Below are positions 9,101-17,941 of a stretch of 38,198 nt of DNA, piece after piece; position 1 is the first letter of the stretch, and the number at the start of each line of letters is the position of its first letter. The position numbers were made by a program, and so were the translations under genes. This stretch comes from a virus (taxonomy: Duplodnaviria > Caudoviricetes). The DNA is taken from positions 1 to 38,198 of the IMG/VR virus record IMGVR_UViG_3300037722_001041; one strand, written 5' to 3'. The notes below the pieces were generated by a model. It did no database searches and was not told where the DNA came from. It saw only the letters and a list, made by a program, of their open reading frames with translations.

Positions 9101-11163
9101 CCGATCAGCCGACTCAGCCGCCCGCCAACTATAGCCTTCGCGCCTTGAACTTTTCCGCCGGTAGCAACGCGAGCTATTGCGCCAACATCAAGCGTGCCAG
9201 CCTCCTCTGTTATGATCGGTGGAAGTAGCGGTTCGCCTTTCGGGACTTTTTTTCGGGCTTTGCGCTTTGCCTCTTCAGCCGCGAAATCAGCACTCACTTT
9301 TGCAATGATCGCTTCATCTCTGGCTTTCGCCTCGAGGTAAGCCGTCGGATCAACCGGCCGCAGATCCTTTTGAACCGGGAAAGTTAAAGAATCACCTTCT
9401 GCAACTTTGGCCCGCGCTTTAAGACGTTCTTTTACCTGCTTTCCCAAGCTGCGCACAGTTTCTTCATCGGTGCCAAGCGCTTTCATCGCAAAGCGAACAT
9501 AATCTTTGTCTCGTTTGCTTGGCTTAGCCTGCGCTGCGATATACAGGGCTTTGTCCACGTCACTCTGAAAGTTGACAGAGAATCCTCGTGTTCCGTAACT
9601 ATACCGTGGTGATGCCTTTGAGAGATCTGCAGGAAGACGTGGTTCCGCTACTGCTGCCGCAGGCGTTGGAGGTGCTGCCGCAGGCGTTGGAGGTGCTGCC
9701 GCAGGCGTTGGAGGTGCTGCCGCAGACTTTAGCGCAGCTGCAGCCTTTTCTGCAGTTATACGTTCTGAAGCATGGCGAAATTCTCGTTCGCGATATCTGG
9801 CTTGCGCTTTAGGATCCCATTGACTCAATGGAATACCGCCAAGTTTAGAAGCAGGCTCTACTGCTTTCACAGGCGTAGGTTCAGGTGTTGCCGCCGCAGG
9901 CTCAACTGCTGCCGCAGGCGCGGGCTCAACTGCCGCCGCAGGTGGGTAGAATACTTTCGATGGACCTGGTTTTGCCACGAACGGCACATTCGAGATAATC
10001 CCCGCTGGCCCGGTAACAACTGTTTTCGATCGCGGATCTTCAACCGTAAGCGTCTCCGGTAGTGTCTCGCGCAAAGACTCTGCCAGTACGCTGCGTTGAT
10101 CAGCGTTGAGATTTATGCGAAAACCGGCATCTTTGAAATCCTTGCGGGTTGGATTGGCAATTGCGCTTAGTTTGGCAAGTTTTTCAACTCCGCCTGGTTT
10201 CTGCGTAATTGATTCAATCTGCGCAGCAAACGTATCGATTTTGCGCGAATCAGTATCGGCGAAAGCAATTTCTCCTCCGACCTTTCCGCCACCAATTACT
10301 CCGCCAGCCAAGCTGCCGAGCACTGCTTCTTTAGCACGATTTTTCCAAAAATCTTTGAAAGCACTTGGATCATTCTCGGCGAGCCATTGTGTGAAATCAT
10401 TTGCAGTACCTTCTGCGATTTCTTCTATAGCCTCACCAACAGCAACTCCACCAATTCGGGCGGCTTTCTGCGCCGCCAAACCGTATAAAGTTTTCTTTAG
10501 TGCGGGCTTGCCTTTCAAGAATCCAAGAGGCAACCGCTCAGTCACAGCGGCAACAAGACCCACTACAGCACCTTCTCCAGCTGCAATCTGCGCTGCAGTC
10601 TGATCGTCGTAACCCTTCTTTCGCAGCCTATCCATGGCGTCTCCAGCGGAAGTTGCCCCTGCTTTTCCGCCCATATAGACCATGCCTGCGGCCGGTGTCC
10701 CAACCACACTGAATCCAGCGGCCATCAGCAAATCGGCACCGACATCTAATCCGTGTTCTGCCAACCACGCTGGACTCCGATACCATTCGTCTGCAGCCTC
10801 TGCTTTCTGTGCCGATTTCGAGTATGGAAATAATTCTTGTTTTTTCTGCCCTATTGCCTTGCGGAGGTCTGTTTTTTCCTGAAATGTCTTGTCGCTCATC
10901 AAACCAGTGGCTTTGCCAAGGACAGTCTCAGCGCTTAACTCGGCCTCTGCGAGGCTCGAAATGAACCGGCCATAGGCATTTCCAGCAGCCTTCACAGCCG
11001 GCATTTTGTAAATGCGCGCAAGAGTTGATTCTTCGTCCTGAACGAAATCATCTTCTTCATCCTGAAAAGCATCGCTTATTGAGATGGTAGATGGTTTAGC
11101 TTTTTTAGAGATGGATCGCTGTTGCGGAAACAGTTCTGAGATGCTATAATACTCAATCGGCAT
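6130..11163 (-). CDS. Large internal virion/DNA-ejection protein (1677 aa)
   Basis: Size, Ala/Gly-rich membrane-like N-terminal region with GEAIEE motif, helical C-terminal region, last position in the ejection block. Confidence 0.65.
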   Translation of the reverse strand: MPIEYYSISELFPQQRSISKKAKPSTISISDAFQDEEDDFVQDEESTLARIYKMPAVKAAGNAYGRFISSLAEAELSAETVLGKATGLMSDKTFQEKTDLRKAIGQKKQELFPYSKSAQKAEAADEWYRSPAWLAEHGLDVGADLLMAAGFSVVGTPAAGMVYMGGKAGATSAGDAMDRLRKKGYDDQTAAQIAAGEGAVVGLVAAVTERLPLGFLKGKPALKKTLYGLAAQKAARIGGVAVGEAIEEIAEGTANDFTQWLAENDPSAFKDFWKNRAKEAVLGSLAGGVIGGGKVGGEIAFADTDSRKIDTFAAQIESITQKPGGVEKLAKLSAIANPTRKDFKDAGFRINLNADQRSVLAESLRETLPETLTVEDPRSKTVVTGPAGIISNVPFVAKPGPSKVFYPPAAAVEPAPAAAVEPAAATPEPTPVKAVEPASKLGGIPLSQWDPKAQARYREREFRHASERITAEKAAAALKSAAAPPTPAAAPPTPAAAPPTPAAAVAEPRLPADLSKASPRYSYGTRGFSVNFQSDVDKALYIAAQAKPSKRDKDYVRFAMKALGTDEETVRSLGKQVKERLKARAKVAEGDSLTFPVQKDLRPVDPTAYLEAKARDEAIIAKVSADFAAEEAKRKARKKVPKGEPLLPPIITEEAGTLDVGAIARVATGGKVQGAKAIVGGRLSRLIGKGWRAFTDQARSRGNLEKGSFAALEKRNFRMKMEYKKADFAIQAFRKAAHKAYGVPLLGELDADTKETIRAVLRGEESIDTLPAEVREPARRMRKHVDALSREGLNSGAFEGRLGIELPEHLLSRTDLYNDIRAAIESGEPKAFKGAVKELVSYGVPEDRAATLVKIIANDGVYLTTAYDAFRDPNYSERMPQETFNDFVNWLRGEHPDWTEIDARNDANRILLEAKKAGSPLEFLARGFIPAKDLDGLRHKKNLPEVWRKFLGERDDPILNYLDSVQRIAQLNATHQMYTEMRADGLAKGYLFDPKEGSPPEGMYAQIAAPTNEGRYPLSGLVTYPEVAEAFAATDKTNMDAKWYKALMFASSVSELGKTAFSPMATIRQLPSNMLSELSNGHNPLEFATMIGTAWTNLFNTDNSANQEYLLKAISRGVIGENLEIGTIEDRATQGLLSEAIKELTGSKPQQGLRKLASLPSRLYGTMDDIFKLANWEANMRDFRKAYPEWTEEQLMDESAKVTRNTTTMYSRIPKVFRSLKRSPLGNFISFQTEQVRNQWYRTGYTIKWLADPRTRFMGAKLAAGQIAARAIPLSLVALSRFLTHTSKEEEDALRRHVPWWSRYAALIHTGTDDEGVRSYSDMSYSDPLSFATEAVKASGEGDVWGTVGALFSSYAEPKILFKALDEARHGETYEKRTIYNQQDDELMKFWLGIEHIMKTAIEPGIVTSGRRIARGISPTSAEEGKRYKWPNEVIALTTGTRLTTTDPRQSTGFKASRFQNEMSETNGIFNSVATRTGAVSLAELASAYERTERNRREAFDALAKDVQGTLTLLKGYAFDEKDAQKILEDNGIAKDMTAALLKGEYQPYVPTSLTSLNKMLQVATPEHKVLLEAKRDDVIGTMVQTASRPTETEKTKTTVENALAKLDANGVGIQQGIESLWRKLLVDDQEHENEEAEKRGGIPRRRVAPRNTISRRRSLQRLGADQETINRFFATE
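9652..9725. repeat. 21-bp tandem repeat (3.5 copies) encoding AAAPPTP
   Basis: tgctgccgcaggcgttggagg repeated exactly; related AAAVEP repeats near 9885-9945. Confidence 0.9.
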
Positions 11164-11184
11164 TTGTGCCTCGAATACTACGTA

Positions 11185-13251
11185 CTACATATTAGATACA
11201 GATACAAAAGGTATTTCACTGGTCGGTTTCTTTTTCTTGATGCCGACTTTTTTCTTAATGCCGATTTTACGTGGTGGAATTTTTGCAAGCTTACCACTAT
11301 CCACTTTGTAATACAGCACCCCGAGAATAGATATGACTGACCCGACAGGAGCAGATTCTGCGTCTCGCTGGGTATTCATAATAATCGGGCGCGAGACCAT
11401 TCCGCGTAATCGCTCGTTGGATTCCCAGTTTTCAAGCATAGTATCGATTGTAGGCTCTTTTCCTTTTTGGCCGACAACATCCACCGGCGCAGTTACCTGC
11501 GTAGCAGCTGCTTTGATCAAATTCTTTGGCTCTCTGTCTTCTGCCAAGGCTTGCTCATATTCCTTTCGCTGCATTTCGGCTACAGGAGTTGGAACATTTG
11601 CCCCTCTGGTTTCAATCGCCTGTTCATCTCCCTGTTGAATGAAGGGATTCTCGGTGAATCCACCAGCCGCACCAGACTCAATCTGTCGCATCGCTTGGGA
11701 AATAATGTCCTGCTGGGATTCCTTGGGTTGGCGCTGACGGTCAATAGCTTGAGCGTAGGCTTGATCAATCCGAACCTGAGCGACCGCTGCTTCGTATTCC
11801 TTACTCTTTGTTCCCTTTTTTCTGGCGACATCCTCGGCCTTGTCTTGGCTATCACGGTACGCATCAACTGCGTCGTTGTAGACTTGATCAAAGCGAGTTT
11901 CTCGTTGCTGCGCAATGGCCTCTGTGTGGGCCTTGCTGTAAGGCACTTCCCAGAACTTTCCCTTGTCCTTGACATACCGCCGGCCGTCTGGTAACTCCGC
12001 AACTGTTCCGTCCGCGGCATCTTTGAAGGTTGTTTTCAATTCATCCTTACTATACGCGATTGCCGGGCGATCCATGGACGCCGCTTCGATAAGCATCTGT
12101 GGTCCCCATTCCTTCGTCCTGACAACCGCGCCTTCCTGTTTCATAGCTGCAGATGCCGCCGCACTAACTTTTCGGCTTCGTATTGCTTCTTGGATGTCGG
12201 TCCGAAGATCATCCTCGGCCGAAATCGGTCTGCGAATGTTAGACCATGGGCCTGCCGGCGGCTGTTGTCCTTGCCCAGGTACTGGTCCAGGCGACGGTGT
12301 TGGCGCTGCTCCGGTGGCCATCCGTCGCTTCAACGCATCTTGGTAGTCTGTTACAAACGGATCGTATGTCTCGCCTTTCAACGCAGTTTTAGCGGGGTCG
12401 GTAATCCCGGAATCAGAGATCAGCTTCTGCGCGTGTTTGGCCTGTAGGTACTGTTTAACGTAGAGTTGTCCAGCCTGTATCGACATCTCGGCCTCCTCCT
12501 CAGGCGAGAATGGCTGATAGCCAACTACGTTGTCCTCTTCATCCTTGACTTCCTTGCTTGGCAACCTGGATTCCCGGATCTTTTCATATCGTTCGGTGAT
12601 TTTCTTGTATGCATCCTCGGTACCTTTTTGCTCGTCTGAAAAGTTTCTTTCGGCACCGCTACCGCGAGGTACTATTTGATACCCGGACTTCGGCGACGTT
12701 GGTACAGCGAGGCTGTCTTCGCCTACCTGAATTGTATTGTTTCGGATGTAATCCGGCGTATATCCCAGAATCTCAACTCCCTTTTCAGTTTTGATTTTCT
12801 GAACCCCGTTGTCATCGGTTATGTCGCCAACCTGCGAGCCTGGTTCATTGACGTGATATTGCCACTTATATTCCTCGGCCTCGTCGTAGATGGAGTTAAC
12901 GGCCTTGAGATATTCATCTCTCCGCACGCGACCCTCTTTGTAAGCTTTGTAAATCGCCTCGGTTTTCTTATTTAGCTCGTTGACTTGCGCTTTTGCTGGC
13001 TGATCGAATGTTTGATACTGTTGCCCGAGTTGACCCCTCGCTTTTTCCCATGAATCAAGACGGCTAGACAAAAAACTATCCTTGGTTGATCCGGCCGTTC
13101 GCGGGGAATAGAAATCACTGTAATTTTGACGAAGAGCCCCGAGGACTGGCTGAGACATATCTGTGTCAATCAAAGACGAATCTCGAACCGTATTAAATCC
13201 AGAGTATGGATTATAAATGTAAGGATCAATTTCTTGGTATGTAAGTGCCAT
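11185..13251 (-). CDS. Putative internal virion/ejection protein (688 aa)
   Basis: Helical, charged, with a Pro-rich linker; located in the ejection block. Confidence 0.55.
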   Translation of the reverse strand: MALTYQEIDPYIYNPYSGFNTVRDSSLIDTDMSQPVLGALRQNYSDFYSPRTAGSTKDSFLSSRLDSWEKARGQLGQQYQTFDQPAKAQVNELNKKTEAIYKAYKEGRVRRDEYLKAVNSIYDEAEEYKWQYHVNEPGSQVGDITDDNGVQKIKTEKGVEILGYTPDYIRNNTIQVGEDSLAVPTSPKSGYQIVPRGSGAERNFSDEQKGTEDAYKKITERYEKIRESRLPSKEVKDEEDNVVGYQPFSPEEEAEMSIQAGQLYVKQYLQAKHAQKLISDSGITDPAKTALKGETYDPFVTDYQDALKRRMATGAAPTPSPGPVPGQGQQPPAGPWSNIRRPISAEDDLRTDIQEAIRSRKVSAAASAAMKQEGAVVRTKEWGPQMLIEAASMDRPAIAYSKDELKTTFKDAADGTVAELPDGRRYVKDKGKFWEVPYSKAHTEAIAQQRETRFDQVYNDAVDAYRDSQDKAEDVARKKGTKSKEYEAAVAQVRIDQAYAQAIDRQRQPKESQQDIISQAMRQIESGAAGGFTENPFIQQGDEQAIETRGANVPTPVAEMQRKEYEQALAEDREPKNLIKAAATQVTAPVDVVGQKGKEPTIDTMLENWESNERLRGMVSRPIIMNTQRDAESAPVGSVISILGVLYYKVDSGKLAKIPPRKIGIKKKVGIKKKKPTSEIPFVSVSNM

Positions 13252-13267
13252 TCTTACGTAATCACCC

Positions 13268-14626
13268 TTAGAAATAATTTGTTGTTATTCTTTTTCCTTG
13301 AGCAGCCAGCTGAGCTGACGGCGAAGTAGCGGAAGCAGTCTTACGGGCCAAATCTGCCAACTGCTGTTGTTGAAGAAGTTGTGCGTATCCAAGCGACGTA
13401 GTTGATCCTAACTGACCTAATTGAGCTGCTCTTTGTTGATCGGCAAGTTTCTGAGCTGCGTTCATCTGGAGATAGTTGAGATTTACGCCTTGCTGAGCCT
13501 GTTGGTATCCTAGACTCGTTTGTATTCCGGAAATTTGTTCTTGAGCCCGAAGCTGAGCAAGTTGTTGTTGAACATTGATAGGAAGTCCTTGTGCCTGAAA
13601 TCCAAGTTGCGCGGCCTGAGTTCCATACCCCGCCAGTCCGAACTGGCCTTGCAAGGTTTCGCCACTCAATCCACCGAGATATCCCATTTTCTCTGCTGTA
13701 AGTCTTCCCTCGAGACCAGAAGCTTCCATGCCGGCCGCTTCTTCTATGCCTCTTCTCGCTGCGTCTAAAGCTGTGGTTTTACCACGACCACTGCTAATTG
13801 CTTGTTGTGTTGCACTGGCTAGAGCCTGCTCCCGGCGGCGGTCAAGCATGGCTCGCTCCGCGCCCCCGAGTCCCTCGGCGAGAGGAGAGAGAGCTGCTTC
13901 CCTGGATGTGTACTGTTGGGCCAAGGCCTCAGCCGAGGACTTTGCAGCACCTATGTCCCCCATAGCTTGCCCGGCAACATCTCTTGCTTCCGCGAGAATT
14001 GAGCTGTAATCACCAGGAGAGGTCATCCCTCTCGTAAGGGATGGTGATATCTGTGGCTGCGTGGTGCCCGGTTTGAATCCTTTGAGTTGTTGCTGCGCTC
14101 TCTGCGCAGCGCCGGTAATGTCTGTTTTTGGTGCTGTCGGCCCCCCAACCAATCCGCCTCCACCACCAACTAAACCACCACCTCCACCGCCTCCGCCACC
14201 CCCACCACCTCCGCCGCCTCCGCCGCCTCCGCCGCCTCCACCGAATGGACCGTGCCATGTTGGTCCACGAGCCGCTTTTTCTTTTGCTTCACGCTCCTTC
14301 CAATATTCGGCAGTTTTCTTAGCCATTGCCTCTTCATTTTGCGACTTTATTACCCAATTCTCCCATCCTTTTTGGGCATATTTCGCAGTAGCGGCTGCTG
14401 CTTTTGCGGCCTTATCTTCCCAGTCAGCAATCTGTTTACTATAATCGCCCGAGGACGCCGCGCCGATCAATTGTCCTACGGCACCTCCTACGAGACCACC
14501 AACGACTCCGCCGCCAGGACCAAAAAGAGTGCTGCCTACAGTGCTGCCGATACCTCCCCCCACTCCACCAAACGGAGATTGTGGTGGCGGACCAGAAGCA
14601 TATGGATTTGTTATAGCACCGGCCAT
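13268..14626 (-). CDS. DNA-transfer/pilot-like ejection protein with poly-Gly tract (452 aa)
   Basis: GxxxG-rich hydrophobic N-terminus, Gln/Ala-rich coiled coil, 23-Gly run. Confidence 0.6.
   Translation of the reverse strand: MAGAITNPYASGPPPQSPFGGVGGGIGSTVGSTLFGPGGGVVGGLVGGAVGQLIGAASSGDYSKQIADWEDKAAKAAAATAKYAQKGWENWVIKSQNEEAMAKKTAEYWKEREAKEKAARGPTWHGPFGGGGGGGGGGGGGGGGGGGGGGGLVGGGGGLVGGPTAPKTDITGAAQRAQQQLKGFKPGTTQPQISPSLTRGMTSPGDYSSILAEARDVAGQAMGDIGAAKSSAEALAQQYTSREAALSPLAEGLGGAERAMLDRRREQALASATQQAISSGRGKTTALDAARRGIEEAAGMEASGLEGRLTAEKMGYLGGLSGETLQGQFGLAGYGTQAAQLGFQAQGLPINVQQQLAQLRAQEQISGIQTSLGYQQAQQGVNLNYLQMNAAQKLADQQRAAQLGQLGSTTSLGYAQLLQQQQLADLARKTASATSPSAQLAAQGKRITTNYF
14174..14242 (-). 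repeat. Poly-glycine tract (23 consecutive GGN codons)
   Basis: Mixed GGA/GGC/GGT/GGG codons, followed by LVGGGGGLVGG. Confidence 0.9.
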
Positions 14627-14637
14627 TTAGAATTCCT

Positions 14638-15735
14638 TTACAGATATCCTTGGCTAACAATTTTTGAATAATCCTGATTAGCCCAAGGAGTTCCATAGGT
14701 TCCGCTGAGAGATCCTCGTGATATATCGGCCCACGATGGTTGGTTAGGAGACATAGTTCCAATACTAACACCTATGGGTTTTGTGGCCATTGCGTATATC
14801 GCCGCTTGGCTTGCAGCTTTCGCTTCGGACATAGACTGTTGTAGACCAAGATAATCGAGCGCCGTGGATTGCTGCAAACCAAGTCTTTGCAGCGCAAGGT
14901 CTGCGTTTTGCTGCGTTGTACTGCTTCTAATCTGGGCCTCCGCAGTGGCCTGTTGACCCTGCAATTGCGCACGGCCCACGCCAGTTTTTCTTTGTGCGTC
15001 GCGTATCGCGGCGTCCAATTCCGCGCCCTGCAGTCCAACACTTACAGGTAATTGCCGCATCTCAAGGGCTTGCGCAGCAGTGCCAAACTGGCCTTTAACA
15101 GCGGCTTCTCGCGCCGCGAGCGTTTCGCCGCTCAAGGCGCTACGATAGTTCATTTGCTCGCGAGTCTGCCGCTCTCGCATGAGATCATTTAACTGTGACC
15201 CAGTGGCTGCAATTCCGCCCTGCACAGCAGTCTGTGTTCCTTGATTGTAAAGCCCGCGCTGAATCAAATCGGAATCAACGCCGCCTTGAAGCGTTTGTTG
15301 TCTTGCTTGCAGCCGTCCTTGCTCCTCTTGTTGCAATCCTCCGAGAAAATCGGTAAGATTCTGCTCTCTTGCTCCATATTGCTGTGCGACGGATTCCCTC
15401 TGCGCTTGCGCTTGATTTAATGCTAATGATTGTGTGGTAGCTGCCTGTCGAGCCTCATCGATAATTGGTCCATATTGAGACGTAAAGAACGACGAGGACG
15501 ACGCTGGAGTTATGCCAAGTACGGGTTGAGAAACCGTGGGGATATTTCCTTCGTTTAGCCGCACCGGAGTTCCCAGAGGTTGGTAGGTTGCCCCATTCTC
15601 TTTTTCGGCCGCGAGAGTCTGTCGGCGCACATTTTCATTATATATTCGCATATTAGAGCGATTGATTTTGTCACTCGCAGTTAGCGTTGGGCGTTGCGGA
15701 ATCCACGGAGTGGTTTGAACTGAACTTAATGCCAT
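14638..15735 (-). CDS. Ejection/pilot-like protein (365 aa), paralog of 13268-14626
   Basis: Gln/Ala-rich; shares EAR...AQQYxxRE...LSGETL...GQFG with its neighbour. Confidence 0.6.
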   Translation of the reverse strand: MALSSVQTTPWIPQRPTLTASDKINRSNMRIYNENVRRQTLAAEKENGATYQPLGTPVRLNEGNIPTVSQPVLGITPASSSSFFTSQYGPIIDEARQAATTQSLALNQAQAQRESVAQQYGAREQNLTDFLGGLQQEEQGRLQARQQTLQGGVDSDLIQRGLYNQGTQTAVQGGIAATGSQLNDLMRERQTREQMNYRSALSGETLAAREAAVKGQFGTAAQALEMRQLPVSVGLQGAELDAAIRDAQRKTGVGRAQLQGQQATAEAQIRSSTTQQNADLALQRLGLQQSTALDYLGLQQSMSEAKAASQAAIYAMATKPIGVSIGTMSPNQPSWADISRGSLSGTYGTPWANQDYSKIVSQGYL

Positions 15736-15745
15736 TTTACTAACC

Positions 15746-16420
15746 CTATGTCAATGGATAAGCAAAGGTTTCACTTACCCTTGTCCTACTTTTCCCAGTT
15801 TTAACAAGTGATAGTTTTGCGCGAATCTTTTCCAATGCCCACGCAGTGGATGCATCAGTCGTCCCGACTTTCAGGTACATGTAGTACCCGCGCTCTCGCG
15901 GATTATCAGCAAAACTCATTCCGGCTTCAAAAGTATCGTCTCCAGAGAATGTTGCAGCTTCTGTGTCTAGAGCGGCCTCCGGCGTGTCACCTATGAGAAT
16001 CTCATACTTGATGGCATTACCGTCCGGATCCGTGTGTGCCTGCAATTCAGACAGAACCAGTGGAATCATTGTGTCACCACTGCTTAGCGGCCCGATGATT
16101 GCAAAAGCTTCAATGGCCGTTCCGTCATCGGTCACTACTGATGAATCTATTTTTCGGATGTATCCATCTTCACTGCCTATCAACAAAACGCGGTCGTCAG
16201 GATTGTCACCATCGAATACCATCAACGCCATTGGATTATGATCAGTCGAGGCGAAAACATCCTTAAACCATCCCTTACTTCGTGCGTCAAAGAACCAATT
16301 GTTTGCGCTGGTCGGTGTTACTGATGTGAGGGTGAAAAAAATCCCGCCGAGCTGAAACTCATTCTCGAGATCAGCTGTTTCATTTATGAACAAATCGCCT
16401 ACTTGATATTCTCTTGACAT
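15746..16420 (-). CDS. C-terminal part of the tail nozzle/stabilisation protein (P22 gp10/T7 gp12-like), with a foreign ~30-aa N-terminus
   Basis: WFFDARSKGW, LLIGSEDGYIRKID, DDGTAI and a terminal RGYYMYLKV...WALEKI beta-sandwich pattern typical of the C-half of these proteins. Confidence 0.6.
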   Translation of the reverse strand: MSREYQVGDLFINETADLENEFQLGGIFFTLTSVTPTSANNWFFDARSKGWFKDVFASTDHNPMALMVFDGDNPDDRVLLIGSEDGYIRKIDSSVVTDDGTAIEAFAIIGPLSSGDTMIPLVLSELQAHTDPDGNAIKYEILIGDTPEAALDTEAATFSGDDTFEAGMSFADNPRERGYYMYLKVGTTDASTAWALEKIRAKLSLVKTGKSRTRVSETFAYPLT

Positions 16421-17940
16421 TAGGCTATAGTCATCTTCGGGTCAAAGTAAATTGTTTGACTGGCTTTTGCTAAGCAAACTCTCGCCAGGATCGGTCCCTT
16501 TTCTGCCGTGGTGAACGACACCGCAAGCTTTTGTTTGACCGGCGTTGTTAAACCAGTCGTCGTCCACGATACCGTGCTGGTAGTTTGATTAGCAGCCGAA
16601 GCAAGTACGTCAGTTTTGCTATCGCTGGCGAAGGATGCTAGTGGGAACCCGGACGTTCCAAGATATTCAATTTCGAGCCACACCTCAGCGTCAGTTAACG
16701 TCGATCCGTCGTTGACGATCTCCACGGTAGCTGTTAAGGCTCCTACGCTATCATTCCACGTAATGATTGGATCAGATACAAGCGGCGTCACAAATTTTGC
16801 GTTGGCTGTTGTAACCATCTTTCGACTGATATTTGTCGTGCCGTCGGAAGCACCCGCAAGTTTCACAATCGTTGTTTCATGATAGATTTGGCCCTGATAG
16901 CGAATCTTGTTGTATCGATAGTTTGTGTCGGCAGAATCGCAATTCACAACATCGACGTCGGTTCCGCCTTGATCGACTGGCACGTTCGTGGGATCAAAGA
17001 TGCTCACGCTGGCCCCTAACTTGCAGTTTTCAAAACGTACAACATTTGGGCCGGTGGCACTGGGGTCAACGAGATAATTCGTTGCCCCTGTTATCGCAGA
17101 CAAATCAATTCCGCGAAGGTATATATCACCCGTATCGCCCGATGACACCAGAGGGAAAAGTGTGCCTGGAGCCGTACCAACAATTGCGTTAGGCGTATCT
17201 ATCCATCTCACCCTGCAGCTAAATATGATACCCTGCGTGCTGGCCGCGAATGAAAAAGTTGTGTTTACCAACTCAATCATTTCGCCGTCGGTTCCGGTGG
17301 CTTTCTCCCCAAACTTCCATCGAGCTGCGCTGCCCGATGTCAGTTTAAGTTGGCAATTTTCAAATTTGAACCACCACGGAGACTGACTTAAGAAACCTTG
17401 TGAGGGAGATGTCGTTGCTGTTGCAAATGTGATGCCTTGTATGTATGCAAAACCTGCGAATGAAAAAACTTGATTACCGGTGGTAGTAACTGTTGCGGTT
17501 GTAGCCTGTGCTGTAGGAGGTGTGGCTGTGTCTGTTGCGCAGATGATCTCATTTGGAGCAGCAGCCGTTCCTGGAAATGTCAGGGTTATGGCCGCTGTTC
17601 CTGTTTCCGCATGATTATTACTGACATAAAGCGTATCGCCCGCAGCCATCCAAGCCAACGCTGGATTCATCCTAGCATGCGCAGCAGTCCAGCCGTACGC
17701 TGTATCGCCAGTAACTTCAGTCCAAACGGCAGAACCATCGCTTGTTGTACCTCCTTTAGTCAGTGTCCATGAAGGCTCCGCCCCTCCCGAAGTCCCTGCA
17801 GTCGTGCATCGAAACACGCGCTCACTGTTTACAGCCGGAGCCGCCAGCTGCCGGCGAAGATCTCCCACGGAGTAAACCGTAGTAGCGGCCCACGCGGTAA
17901 CCGCGGTCCATTTTGTCGATCCAAGATACCAGACAGCCAT
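16420..17940 (-). CDS. Tailspike/receptor-binding-like protein (506 aa)
   Basis: N-terminal CBM-like W...YSVGD...FRCTTAGTS...EPSW...DGSAVW module, beta-helix-like middle (FENC repeats), Thr-rich jelly-roll-like C-terminus. Confidence 0.6.
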   Translation of the reverse strand: MAVWYLGSTKWTAVTAWAATTVYSVGDLRRQLAAPAVNSERVFRCTTAGTSGGAEPSWTLTKGGTTSDGSAVWTEVTGDTAYGWTAAHARMNPALAWMAAGDTLYVSNNHAETGTAAITLTFPGTAAAPNEIICATDTATPPTAQATTATVTTTGNQVFSFAGFAYIQGITFATATTSPSQGFLSQSPWWFKFENCQLKLTSGSAARWKFGEKATGTDGEMIELVNTTFSFAASTQGIIFSCRVRWIDTPNAIVGTAPGTLFPLVSSGDTGDIYLRGIDLSAITGATNYLVDPSATGPNVVRFENCKLGASVSIFDPTNVPVDQGGTDVDVVNCDSADTNYRYNKIRYQGQIYHETTIVKLAGASDGTTNISRKMVTTANAKFVTPLVSDPIITWNDSVGALTATVEIVNDGSTLTDAEVWLEIEYLGTSGFPLASFASDSKTDVLASAANQTTSTVSWTTTGLTTPVKQKLAVSFTTAEKGPILARVCLAKASQTIYFDPKMTIA

Positions 17941-17941
17941 C

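Noticed and set aside
9652-9725. CRISPR-like repeats
   Set aside because: Head-to-tail coding repeats without spacers; no cas genes.
16334-16341. T-TTT-TTC slippery heptamer in the nozzle C-half
   Set aside because: The -1 frame stops after about 15 codons and no stimulatory structure is evident.
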